Source: Patescibacteria group bacterium
GTDB taxonomy: Bacteria > Patescibacteriota > Patescibacteriia > 2-02-FULL-49-11
Length of the DNA stretch: 64,000 nt
Assembly (NCBI GenBank): GCA_041645165.1
Contig: JBAZQN010000011.1
Location: forward strand, 1,254 to 65,253
Direction: 5' to 3'
Shown piece after piece: positions 8,963-17,661 of the stretch (position 1 is the first letter of the stretch; each line of letters starts with the position of its first letter). A program made the translations under genes and the position numbers. The notes under the pieces were generated by a model. It was not told the DNA's origin, searched no databases, and worked only from the letters and a program-made list of their open reading frames with translations.

Positions 8963-9559
8963 TTGGTATACTGTTTAGAGAAGGAAGATACAAGGTACAA
9001 GAAACAAGTAACAAGAAATTTGATGTTGGATAAAAAGAGTATGCAAATTTCAGGGATAAGCGAAAAAGAATTACAAAAGAAATTGCGGGTGGGGTGGTTT
9101 ACGTTTACCTGCTGCGAGGATTCGACCATTATCATGACGGAAGTCATGAATGAGCATTGGGAAGAATGGAAGCGGTTTATTGATTTCCGCCACGCGCGGG
9201 TGTTGCGGACGGATAATATCCTCGATGAGCTTGACGTGGCGTTTGTGGAAGGCGCCATTTCGTCAGACCGTCAAGCGGCGCGCCTGAAGGAGATCCGCGA
9301 GAAAGCGAAACGCCTCGTGGCAGTAGGGGCGTGCGCGGTCATAGGGATGCCCTCATCCCAGCGCAATTTATTTGACGAGTCCACAAAGCGCGCCATCCAA
9401 TTCCTCGTGGACCGGTTTGGGCAGAAGGAATTGGTGAGGACGGTGAAGGAGCTTGTAAAGGTAGACGCAGAACTACCCGGTTGCCCGATGAATGAACAGA
9501 AATTTCTAGAAGTGTTGGAGAGGTATCTTAAGGAGTTTAATATTATCAAGGGATCATAA
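8963..9559 (+). CDS. [NiFe]-hydrogenase small subunit (NuoB-like Oxidored_q6 fold)
   Basis: Motifs WFTFTCCEDS … GACAVIGMP … GCPMNE match the proximal-cluster Cys ligands of hydrogenase small subunits. The likely true start is the ATG at 9041 (MQISGISEKEL…). It pairs with the large subunit at 11178. Confidence 0.7.
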   Translation: MVYCLEKEDTRYKKQVTRNLMLDKKSMQISGISEKELQKKLRVGWFTFTCCEDSTIIMTEVMNEHWEEWKRFIDFRHARVLRTDNILDELDVAFVEGAISSDRQAARLKEIREKAKRLVAVGACAVIGMPSSQRNLFDESTKRAIQFLVDRFGQKELVRTVKELVKVDAELPGCPMNEQKFLEVLERYLKEFNIIKGS

Positions 9560-9594
9560 CTCACCCCAGCCCTCTCTTATCCTAAGAGAGGGAG
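9557..9594 (+). repeat. HP1 palindromic element TAActcaccccagCCCTCTCTTAtccTAAGAGAGGGag, copy 1 (its TAA is the stop codon of the upstream gene)
   Basis: Perfect 10-bp stem with a 3-nt loop. Identical copies begin at 10514, 10627 and 11077. Three variant hairpins in reverse orientation lie at 14040-14165. Confidence 0.9.
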
Positions 9595-9634
9595 GTTGTC
9601 ATTCTTCATTGGTGTTTTATTAAGGAGAATTATT

Positions 9635-10516
9635 ATGAGACATAAAGGACACAATAGACCTCATGATGTAGCAAGCGAGAAACGCACCGCATGGAAACGT
9701 TCTCACCCGATAACTAAAGAATTGCTGGCCAAGGGCGCACAAAAATTTATGTCGAAAGAAAGACACCCTCAAATCGATAAGGCATTTTCCCCAAAAGTAC
9801 ATTGCGTATGCTGCATGGATGAAGGGACGGCGCATATGGAAAGAGGCAGTAAGCTGTTCATGGCAGGGAGCGGGATATTGTATCCCGCGGCAAGCTGGGA
9901 TGATCGACTTAATCGCGTGGCAGATTTGTTTATTGATTTGCATATCACAGAAATTACCAGCCATGACGGGTGCGGCGCCGCCGGCATTGCGTTTAAGCGG
10001 GATGGGGGGGGAGAAGGCACTGGATGCAAAACAGCTGATGAGTATGGGGAAAAATGGTGCAGTGATTTGCAGGCTATAATGGATACAAAGCTGGACGTGC
10101 CGGAAAATGTGGAGGGTGTACAAAACGTCCATATTCACGAACATGAAATGGAAAGGCCGGGAGAGTTCCATATCGCGAGAGTGGTCTGGTTTGATGCCAC
10201 CGGTGAATTTACCAAACCCGATATGTTGGGGGAGGAGATTCCAAAGGGATTTGCGATAAATTATCATGCGTTCGCTTCACGGGAGATGGGCGGCTATCCG
10301 CTTAGTGAATTGGAAGTGGCTATAAAAATCGCGTTCAGCGATCATGGGTTTGACAAAGAATTTACCAAAGGCCATCCTTTCGTCATTATCGTTATTGCCA
10401 AGGACGAGGATCAGAAGAAAGAAGTAACGGAATTGATTGGTGGAATCATGCAAGAGAAAGAAGAGATCTCGCAATACAAACACAGAATTCGTATTGATGG
10501 TTTTATTCATGAATAA
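9635..10516 (+). CDS. hypothetical Cys-rich protein inserted between the hydrogenase subunit genes
   Basis: SD aaggag 8 nt before the ATG at 9635 (the ORF track opens at an upstream TTG, 9596). Motifs VHCVCCMDEGTAH and SHDGCGAAG. No recognisable family. Bounded by HP1 copies. Confidence 0.5.
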   Translation: MRHKGHNRPHDVASEKRTAWKRSHPITKELLAKGAQKFMSKERHPQIDKAFSPKVHCVCCMDEGTAHMERGSKLFMAGSGILYPAASWDDRLNRVADLFIDLHITEITSHDGCGAAGIAFKRDGGGEGTGCKTADEYGEKWCSDLQAIMDTKLDVPENVEGVQNVHIHEHEMERPGEFHIARVVWFDATGEFTKPDMLGEEIPKGFAINYHAFASREMGGYPLSELEVAIKIAFSDHGFDKEFTKGHPFVIIVIAKDEDQKKEVTELIGGIMQEKEEISQYKHRIRIDGFIHE

Positions 10517-10551
10517 CTCACCCCAGCCCTCTCTTATCCTAAGAGAGGGAG
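10514..10551 (+). repeat. HP1 copy 2
   Basis: Same 38-nt element; its TAA is the stop codon of the 9635..10516 gene. Confidence 0.9.
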
Positions 10552-10664
10552 CCATTATTCCTCCTCGTGGTAAAGACCAATCTCTATGGAGTTCTGGAGA
10601 CAATTCTGCACATTCTTAAGGATTCGTAACTCACCCCAGCCCTCTCTTATCCTAAGAGAGGGAG
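10552..10664 (+). repeat. remnant of a tandem duplicate of the HP1-linker-DUF559 unit (linker stub, last 61 nt of the DUF559 ORF, HP1 copy 3)
   Basis: 10569-10629 is identical to the 3' end of the DUF559 gene (11019-11079). It is followed by a complete HP1, then the linker hairpin HP2 plus SD plus ATG of the intact gene. Confidence 0.8.
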
Positions 10665-10707
10665 CCATTATTCCTCCTCTTAAGGTAAGAGGAGGTAAGG
10701 AGGAGTT

Positions 10708-11079
10708 ATGAAGGCAACAAATCGGACATATAATGATCGAGAATTGAAATCGTTAAGAAGAACATTACGGAAGAATTTTACCGATCAAGAGAGATTATTG
10801 TGGAGTAAATTGCGCAATAGGCAATTAGACGGACATAAGTTTTATCGGCAATACGGTGTTGGTCGTTATGTGGTAGACTTTTATTGTCCTGAAAAACGAA
10901 TTGTAATTGAATTAGACGGAGGGCACCATACCGAGAAGACGAACCTTCAGCTTGATGCTGAAAGGGATAAGGCATTGAACACCCTCAACATTCGAGTATT
11001 AAGATTTTGGAACCATGAGGTAAAGACCAATCTCTATGGAGTTCTGGAGACAATTCTGCACATTCTTAAGGATTCGTAA
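10708..11079 (+). CDS. DUF559 / Vsr-like endonuclease-domain protein
   Basis: 123 aa with C-terminal motifs …VDFYCPEKRIVIELDGGHHTEK…DAERDKALNTLNIRVLRFWNHEV typical of the DUF559 restriction-endonuclease-like fold. Preceded by HP2 (cctcctcttaaggtaagaggagg) plus SD ggaggagtt plus ATG. Confidence 0.7.
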   Translation: MKATNRTYNDRELKSLRRTLRKNFTDQERLLWSKLRNRQLDGHKFYRQYGVGRYVVDFYCPEKRIVIELDGGHHTEKTNLQLDAERDKALNTLNIRVLRFWNHEVKTNLYGVLETILHILKDS

Positions 11080-11160
11080 CTCACCCCAGCCCTCTCTTAT
11101 CCTAAGAGAGGGAGCCATTATTTCTCCTCTTAAGGTAAGAGGAGGTAAGGAGGAGTTATG
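11077..11160 (+). repeat. HP1 copy 4 plus HP2-SD-ATG linker, exact duplicate of 10627-10710
   Basis: The 84-nt identity supplies an SD and ATG at 11158, opening a 10-codon mini-ORF that overlaps the large-subunit start at 11178. Confidence 0.9.
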
Positions 11161-11177
11161 ATTTATAACGTTACGTT

Positions 11178-12488
11178 ATGCATAAAATAGATTTTGATCT
11201 CTCATTGGAAGAGGTTACCAAAATAGAGGGCGCAGCGACTTTGAGCGTGAAAGTGCGGGATGCAAAGGTGGAGGAGTGCAAGTTCGGCATCGCCGAGTAT
11301 AAAAGGTTTTATACGCAGGCGATGGTGGGAAAGCCCGCCTCTGCGCTCCCGCAGCATTTGGCGCGCATCTGCGGCACCTGCTCAAACGCCCATATCATGG
11401 CGTCGCTCGATGCAGTGGAGCACGCACTGGGCATTGTCCCTTCGGCGCAAACGAAGGTGTTGCGCGCGCTTACGATGGATGGGCTCATGATCCGCGACCA
11501 TGCGCTTCATCTTTATCTTTTTTCCTTACCTGACCTTTTAGGAAAAGACTCGATTCTCGCATTGGATGAAAATGATCCGGAAGAACACCAGCTGCTCCAT
11601 GACGCGTTTGACGTCAAGGCCGCGGGTAATCACTTGTCGCAGCTTGTGGCAGGCAGGAGCGTGCATGCGCCGATGCCGGTGGTGGGAGGTTTTTTGAAAA
11701 TACCAGATTCCGCGGGCATTGAGAAATCTCGGCGGGAACTCGAGCAAATAAGGCCTGCTCTACTGCGGCTGATAGGCGTATACGGGAAAAGTACATTTAT
11801 TCTTCTTTCCAAGACCAATTATGTGGCGCTTACCGCCAATCCGTACAGTTTCTTGCAGGGAGATCTTTGCGCGAGCAATGTTGCGTGCATTCCGGAAGAG
11901 CAGTTTATGGAGCATTTAAGCCATGTGGTGGTGCCTTATTCGCAGGCCTCCGCCTACGCGTTCCAGGGAGAGCTTTATCGGGTTGGCGCTTTGGCTCGCT
12001 TGAATTTGAACAAAGATGCGCTCAATCCCCGCACGAAAGCGGACGCTGCCCAATATCTTGCACGGTTCCCTTCAGATAACGCATATGATAACAATCTCGC
12101 GCAGGCAATCGAAATCCTGCACTGCATAGATGAGGCGCTGGAGATGCTCTCTACCCATTCATTCCATGCAGAGACGCCGCAAAAGGCGAACCCTCATGCG
12201 GGCGAGGGCATTGGCGTGATTGAGGCTCCCCGCGGCACGCTCTACCATAAGGTGGAGCTGGATGAAAAGGGGATAGTCACGCACGGCGACATCGTGGTGC
12301 CCACGGGGCAGAACCAGCTCGCCATTGAATGGGATATCAAGCAGTTAGTGGAGCAGTGGTTGAAGGAGGGGAAGGAGATTGGGAATAAAAAAGCGCTCGA
12401 ACATGAAATCGAGCAGCTTATCCGCGCGTACGACCCTTGCATGAGCTGCGCGGCGCATTTTTTGGAAGTTACGTGGGATGAAGCATAG
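11178..12488 (+). CDS. [NiFe]-hydrogenase large subunit
   Basis: N-terminal RICGTCSNAH (RxCGxCxxxH, L1) and C-terminal DPCMSCAAH (DPCxxCxxH, L5) Ni-Fe ligand motifs. 436 aa fits a group-3-type enzyme. Confidence 0.85.
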   Translation: MHKIDFDLSLEEVTKIEGAATLSVKVRDAKVEECKFGIAEYKRFYTQAMVGKPASALPQHLARICGTCSNAHIMASLDAVEHALGIVPSAQTKVLRALTMDGLMIRDHALHLYLFSLPDLLGKDSILALDENDPEEHQLLHDAFDVKAAGNHLSQLVAGRSVHAPMPVVGGFLKIPDSAGIEKSRRELEQIRPALLRLIGVYGKSTFILLSKTNYVALTANPYSFLQGDLCASNVACIPEEQFMEHLSHVVVPYSQASAYAFQGELYRVGALARLNLNKDALNPRTKADAAQYLARFPSDNAYDNNLAQAIEILHCIDEALEMLSTHSFHAETPQKANPHAGEGIGVIEAPRGTLYHKVELDEKGIVTHGDIVVPTGQNQLAIEWDIKQLVEQWLKEGKEIGNKKALEHEIEQLIRAYDPCMSCAAHFLEVTWDEA

Positions 12489-12852
12489 CCGCAATTTCTT
12501 CAACGACGCGGCCATTGTCTTCGGGAGGCACACCAATAATCCGGACTTCAAGGTCCGGATTTATTTTTTTAAGCAGAAGCAGGTGGAGCCCAAGGTCGAA
12601 ATCGTGAAGGCTTACGTTGCTGCGTGTTTTTAGCGCGGCGGCAAAAGCATCAAGCGATTCGAAGCAGGACACGTCCTTGATCCCTTTCACCGTGTCAATG
12701 ATCCACCAGGGGTTTTCCGGCGGTATACATTCCTCGGTTGGGTCTTTTACTTCAAAGGTAATTTCTGGGAAACGTTTTTGAAGTTCTGGAAGAATTCTCA
12801 AGGGAAGCGAATCTTCTTCAAGAAGTGGATTGCCAAAAACAGTAATGGTCAT
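12469..12852 (-). CDS. hydrogenase maturation protease (HycI/HoxW-like)
   Basis: 127 aa. N-terminus ITVFGNPLLEEDSLPLRI matches the GNxLxxDDGxG signature. It is convergent with and overlaps the large-subunit gene by about 20 nt. Confidence 0.5.
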   Translation of the reverse strand: MTITVFGNPLLEEDSLPLRILPELQKRFPEITFEVKDPTEECIPPENPWWIIDTVKGIKDVSCFESLDAFAAALKTRSNVSLHDFDLGLHLLLLKKINPDLEVRIIGVPPEDNGRVVEEIAAMLHPT

Positions 12853-12964
12853 AGTCTTGACGGATAGCTATTTTTCTGTTAAATTTCTCTGTTTAAAAAG
12901 TCAGATGAGACTGAAAGGGCAAAAAAGTTTTCAGTCGCATCTTAAATGAAAGAGAGGAGAGGAG

Positions 12965-13162
12965 GTGAAGAAGATGAAGAAGAAAGTAAGCCTCTCATTT
13001 CAGTATAAGCATGAGCGTAAACCTTCATCAGTGAGGTTTATCGAGCTTATACCATATGGGTCGCCGGAGTTCGTTCTCTCGAAGATCGAAAGTGCATTAA
13101 GAATAATGCAAGAAACCGGTGATGAAATACTTACAATCTCCCAGGATGGGTGGTTGAGGTAG
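12965..13162 (+). CDS. small hypothetical protein (65 aa)
   Basis: SD ggaggtg 7 nt upstream of the ATG. Lys-rich N-terminus. No similarity recognised. Confidence 0.3.
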   Translation: MKKMKKKVSLSFQYKHERKPSSVRFIELIPYGSPEFVLSKIESALRIMQETGDEILTISQDGWLR

Positions 13163-13200
13163 TGTGGATGGGAGATTAGTCATAGCCCGGCTAATCTCTT

Positions 13201-14010
13201 TTATATTAATGAAAATTGTAACGAGAGTTTTGTATAATGTATCAAATTTTTAAGCTGCTGAGGATTTAATATTTCGCAGGGCATATCCCAGTGGATGGAA
13301 ATCGTGTCACCCTCCTTTACCTCTTCCATAAGCGAATCATCGTCCAGCCTGCGGGTGATGCGGTAGGGGTTGGGGGAGCCGAGGATTAAACGATTGGGAT
13401 TCCCTTTTAGTTTTTTTTGCCTGGATCCCGCATCAAGTGCGGGATGACAATGAGAAAGGATAAGCGGTTGCCGTGATACTGTGATAAATGGCCCGTCTAT
13501 GAGTATGACCTTCCCCCAGCTCACACGGCATTTGTCCATGCTTTCGAGTGTGTGTTCCGTTTCTGCGTGCCCCGTGCGCTGCCACACATTGAACACATGG
13601 AAATTATGATGAGGGAGCGGGTGATATTGTAGCGTCGCCGTGAGATGGTCGAAATTACGCGCGGTGAGGCGCTTTTTTAATTTCAGCGCGTCAGTGAAAT
13701 GGGTCAGGAGCATTTGTGGGGTGATGGGAGTGAGCAGTTCGTTGCCGAGCCAGTAGGATTCGACGATGCGTTCGTCAAAAGGATCCGCAATGCCGTTCGC
13801 ATGCGCAATCATCTCTAGGTAGGGATAGAGCGTTTTGAATTTATGGAGCAGGTTTTCAAGCCCTTGGCCGCTTTCTTTCGCGGTGAGGTAGGCGAGCACT
13901 TCGCGGTTCGCGTCAGGCCCGCACAGGTGCAGGCGATTGGGGCCGAAAGAATAACGCGCGCAGCGCGACACGCCGTCAACAGGCACAGAGGTGGATAAAG
14001 GCTGAACCAT
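13201..14010 (-). CDS. hypothetical protein (269 aa) carrying an in-frame copy of the ccgcatcaagtgcggg hairpin element
   Basis: Long ORF with no recognised motif. Nucleotides 13420-13453 (ctggatcccgcatcaagtgcgggatgacaatgag) match repeats at 25362 and 25941. Confidence 0.45.
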   Translation of the reverse strand: MVQPLSTSVPVDGVSRCARYSFGPNRLHLCGPDANREVLAYLTAKESGQGLENLLHKFKTLYPYLEMIAHANGIADPFDERIVESYWLGNELLTPITPQMLLTHFTDALKLKKRLTARNFDHLTATLQYHPLPHHNFHVFNVWQRTGHAETEHTLESMDKCRVSWGKVILIDGPFITVSRQPLILSHCHPALDAGSRQKKLKGNPNRLILGSPNPYRITRRLDDDSLMEEVKEGDTISIHWDMPCEILNPQQLKNLIHYTKLSLQFSLI

Positions 14011-14039
14011 ACGCGGAGAAATACGGTTCGTAACTCCTC

Positions 14040-14165
14040 CCCGCCTCCTCTTATCCTAAGAGGAGGAGTCGATTTTGGCCTTCCCTCTTATTTTAAGAGG
14101 GAAGATTTGATGCATCACCCTCTCTTAAAGTAAGAGAGGGATGGGGTGAGTTACGAGAAACGAGG
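14040..14165 (-). repeat. three HP1/HP2-type hairpins in reverse orientation (cctcctcttatcctaagaggagg, ccctcttattttaagaggg, ccctctcttaaagtaagagaggg) plus cgtaactcacccca
   Basis: This is the reverse complement of the ctcaccccag-hairpin unit. The DMT transporter ORF reads through it for about 23 codons. Confidence 0.8.
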
Positions 14166-15049
14166 GGAGTTATGAGTTTTCGCGTGCCCCAGATGAGGAG
14201 AGTGGAACCAAGAACGACCAATACGCCGTTATATACTTGAGGCAGCGTGATTGAATGGGTGATAAATATTCCACTCATGACGTTTGTTATGAGCGTCGCA
14301 GGCACCAGAAGCGCCGTGGCAACGGTGACGGGCAATTTTTTAAGCGCGCTATACCACGTGGTGACATACCCCAAGAGCAGCAGTGCGGTGAGCAAGGTCC
14401 ATCCCCATTGCATAGCATTCAGATGCACTATGGCGCCGCTGCCGTCCTTGAGCGCAAGAATAAGGAAAAGGAAGAGCGATCCTACTGCCATGCGCGCGCC
14501 CGCAACCGTGAGGCTTGAGATATTGGCCAATGCCTTTTTGGCAACGACATTCTCAAGCGCCCAAAATACGGTCGCCATCAGCACCAGCGCCTCACCTATG
14601 TTGAAATTAAATTTAGGAAATCCCAATGCGAGGTTACCGCCGAAAAGCAGAAGGAGGGCGGCTATCTGGGTAATGCCTATATGTTCTTTTAATAGAGGAA
14701 CAGCAAAAATGGCAGCCCAGAGGAAGAGGGTTTTATGGATGAATGCGGCACTGAGGGCGGGTATCATGGAGAGGCCTGTGAAGTAGAGGATAAAGGGCAC
14801 GCATCCGCCGATGACCGCAATGAAGAGCAGTTGGAGCGCTTGAGAAGATTTTAGTGAAATTAATTCTTTCCATCTCTTCGTGAGAAGAATAATTCCTACA
14901 AGCGTCGCGCCCACAAGCGCATTTCGTAGAGTGGTGGAGAGTATGGGATCCTTGAGCGCGGTCACTGCGATCTTTGTTAAAAAATTATTGGTGCCGGAAA
15001 AGAATGCGGTAGCAAGCGCGAGCATGATACCCTTGGTAGCATTGTTCAT
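14093..15049 (-). CDS. DMT-superfamily (EamA-like) transporter, 10 TM
   Basis: Two repeated 5-TM halves with hydrophobicity typical of EamA. The C-terminal ~23 aa are encoded by the repeat cluster. Confidence 0.7.
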   Translation of the reverse strand: MNNATKGIMLALATAFFSGTNNFLTKIAVTALKDPILSTTLRNALVGATLVGIILLTKRWKELISLKSSQALQLLFIAVIGGCVPFILYFTGLSMIPALSAAFIHKTLFLWAAIFAVPLLKEHIGITQIAALLLLFGGNLALGFPKFNFNIGEALVLMATVFWALENVVAKKALANISSLTVAGARMAVGSLFLFLILALKDGSGAIVHLNAMQWGWTLLTALLLLGYVTTWYSALKKLPVTVATALLVPATLITNVMSGIFITHSITLPQVYNGVLVVLGSTLLIWGTRKLITPLVSRNSPHPSLTLREGDASNLPS

Positions 15050-15198
15050 AGAATTGCTAGAGTTTTATCATGAATAAATTTTGATCTTCATTCTTAGGAG
15101 ACCTCCCCTCACGTGTCCCCTCCCCGTGATAAACACGGGGCAGGCTCTTAGTAGGGAGGGGATGGGGTGGTTTCCGTAATTTAAGTATTGACAGTATA

Positions 15199-17661
15199 TC
15201 ACTTTTTTAAATATACAAACACTTTTGTGGAACCAATCGTTGCCGTGTGGTCTGCGTCAAGAGAAGCGCGTGCGGATATCTTTTCTGCATCAAGCCAGTA
15301 AGAGTTAAGGACAAAATATGCGCGCGTGACACCCACAAGATCCATGGCGTTTTCCATTGTTACGCGAGATGCTTTTTGGTACACCATGTTGAGGTAGAAT
15401 TGATAGAGAGGTGAAGAGGTGGGAATGGGGTAATAGAATATAGTTTGACAGTCTGCAGTTTGGCAGTTTTTCAGTTTAAAGTATTTTTTAAAGCCGAATT
15501 CTTGCAGGGCGGCGGCGGCTATGGATTGGTTGGAAAGGACGATATGCGGCTCGTTCCCCGCGTTGGCTTCTATCCAATGCGCCGTGTCTATATCCGTTTG
15601 GGAGACAGAAAAGCCGCGGCTTTTGGAAAAGGCATCGACGCGGGGGTACGTGTAGTAGAAAGAAATGGTGATGAGGCAGGTGAATATTACGAGAGAAAGA
15701 ATTATCGATTTTGTTCCCGTTTGGGGATGGACAATTTTGTTCGGCGTCGCGATCAAGCGACCCTCGCGCCTTTCCGCCTCAAAAATTGCCATCCCCTCAC
15801 TGTCATTAATTATGACAGAATATAGTTCTCTACAGGAAAAGAGGGAGGAGATAGATCGATATAGTGTAATAATAAAGAGGGGAAGTATGGTGAGTCCTAT
15901 AAGGTCGAGGATACGTTCGGTAAACTCTGGGCGCTCATATGCGATCATCGCGGTGAGGGGAAGTGTGCGGATAAAAAGGTAATTGATGAAGAGGACCAGC
16001 GCAGTGAGCCATAAAGCGAGTGGGTATTTGTTTTCTTTGCGACGCAATAGCAGGTACGTCCCTGCCAAGGCGCCGATGAAGAAAAGGAGAGGGAGCGCTC
16101 GCATCCAGAGCTCGCTTGTGTGTGCGAGGGAGAGGAAAGGTAGGTAGTGGGGAATGAGATTGGGAAGTGGGAGCGCGTCAGCATATAAGGGTGCAATGCC
16201 CCCGTAGAGCTTGTTTGCCACCATAATCGCGGCAGGAAGCCCAAGCGAGCTCAATATGCTGATTATAATAGTTAAAACACGGGAGATACGTGGAGAAGTA
16301 TTATTCTGCACGGTTATATATGAAAGGAGCATGAGGGCAGGAATACCGGTGATGGGATGGATAAATATTATGCAAAACGCAATACCCCAGAGCAAGGATA
16401 GTGGTAAGTGGCGATGAAGGCATGATAAGGAAAGCAAAACGAGGATGAGATAAAAAAGGTTCGCAAGCGATTGCGGCACCGTGGCGATAAAAAGCGAGGG
16501 GGGGATGATGAGGAGCGAAAGAATTGTAATGAGTAAAAGATGTGTTTTTTGAAAATATTTTTTCAGTGTGAAAATTCCAATAATGGGAATGAGAATGCTT
16601 GCGAGGACAGGCAGAAGCCAGAGGTCAATGAGCGGAAGGGGAATCAGCATCACTTTTGAGAGAAAGACTACAAGGACATATTGCCCAAGATATGACAAAG
16701 GAGGCGGGGTGAGCAAGCCAGTTTCGAAGATAATTTTTTCAGTCGCACGGTGGATAAACGGATCAAAGCCATATCCGATGCGGTAGATGAGGAGCGCGAG
16801 AGAGAGGGTGAAGAAAAAATGAAATAATAGGAGTATTAGTTTGATCGAAGAAAAGGACGCGGGATCCGCTCGGGATGGTTCTCGGCGAACACGCGTCCCC
16901 GCCTCCTGCCCCGCCATGCGGGGCTCCGCCTCACCAGTCCCACTCCCGATAGTATCGGGAGACCATGCTGGGGCTGGCTCCGGAGGGTTCGCCAGAGAAC
17001 CAATCCCTCGCTGAGAGGTCAAGAACGGAAACTTCCTAGATGCTTTTATCCCCGACCAAGCCTCTTCTTTACGGGAGAAAAGAAATAAGAGAATAAAGGT
17101 AGCAAGTGCATAGAGATAAAGGAGCGAGTGGGGAAGGACTTCCCATGGTGTGCGTATTGAGGCGTCGGTGCGATGGTCGAGAATGAGGTTTATGGATATA
17201 GCGAAGAGGGTGAGATATGCAAAGGTAAGGAGTGTGGGGACAAGATATTTATTGAGCGGCAGTCGAGTATGTATTGGCTGTGATTCCGGTTTAGTATCAG
17301 CAGGGGGCTGGCGCTTGGTGCGAAGAAATAGGATTACATAACCGGCAAGAGGGATGAAGAACGTTATTGCGGTAATAGCGTACTCATTGAATGCCGCGAG
17401 GCGAAAATATGTGGATCCAGCGAGAATAACGAGCACAAGAACCGAGAGGAAGCCAAGAGTGTATTGTTCAATCCTTTCGCGGGAAGGCGCAAAAATGTTG
17501 CCCCAAAGCACGCACGAAACAACGAGCCAGAGGATGCTAAATGTAATCCCAATAATGAGAGAGTGGAAAAAGAAAAGGTTGAGCGCGAGTCCTGCAGGGA
17601 GCAGAAGCAAAATGGCGATTTTCGTAGCACGAGATTTTGTTAATATGTGGTAAGGGCGCAT
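15199..17661 (-). CDS. large polytopic membrane protein (possible GT-C-type glycosyltransferase) with two in-frame repeat insertions
   Basis: 820 aa, more than 12 predicted TM helices, soluble C-terminal domain. Repeat S copy 2 (15723-15804) encodes …INDSEGMAIFEAERREGRLIATPNKIVHPQTG…. A GC-rich composite palindrome (about 16878-17001) encodes a Pro/Gly-rich loop. Confidence 0.5.
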   Translation of the reverse strand: MRPYHILTKSRATKIAILLLLPAGLALNLFFFHSLIIGITFSILWLVVSCVLWGNIFAPSRERIEQYTLGFLSVLVLVILAGSTYFRLAAFNEYAITAITFFIPLAGYVILFLRTKRQPPADTKPESQPIHTRLPLNKYLVPTLLTFAYLTLFAISINLILDHRTDASIRTPWEVLPHSLLYLYALATFILLFLFSRKEEAWSGIKASRKFPFLTSQRGIGSLANPPEPAPAWSPDTIGSGTGEAEPRMAGQEAGTRVRREPSRADPASFSSIKLILLLFHFFFTLSLALLIYRIGYGFDPFIHRATEKIIFETGLLTPPPLSYLGQYVLVVFLSKVMLIPLPLIDLWLLPVLASILIPIIGIFTLKKYFQKTHLLLITILSLLIIPPSLFIATVPQSLANLFYLILVLLSLSCLHRHLPLSLLWGIAFCIIFIHPITGIPALMLLSYITVQNNTSPRISRVLTIIISILSSLGLPAAIMVANKLYGGIAPLYADALPLPNLIPHYLPFLSLAHTSELWMRALPLLFFIGALAGTYLLLRRKENKYPLALWLTALVLFINYLFIRTLPLTAMIAYERPEFTERILDLIGLTILPLFIITLYRSISSLFSCRELYSVIINDSEGMAIFEAERREGRLIATPNKIVHPQTGTKSIILSLVIFTCLITISFYYTYPRVDAFSKSRGFSVSQTDIDTAHWIEANAGNEPHIVLSNQSIAAAALQEFGFKKYFKLKNCQTADCQTIFYYPIPTSSPLYQFYLNMVYQKASRVTMENAMDLVGVTRAYFVLNSYWLDAEKISARASLDADHTATIGSTKVFVYLKK
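15723..15804 (+). repeat. repeat family S copy 2, in-frame inside the 15199..17661 gene
   Basis: The outer stem ggggatgg…ccatcccc covaries relative to the other copies. Confidence 0.8.
16878..17001. repeat. GC-rich composite palindrome (ggttctcggcgaac … ccccgccatgcgggg … ctcccgatagtatcgggag … gttcgccagagaacc) inside the coding sequence
   Basis: Nested perfect palindromes. GC far above the host gene. It encodes a low-complexity PPEPAPAWSPDTIGSGTGEAEP segment. Confidence 0.55.
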
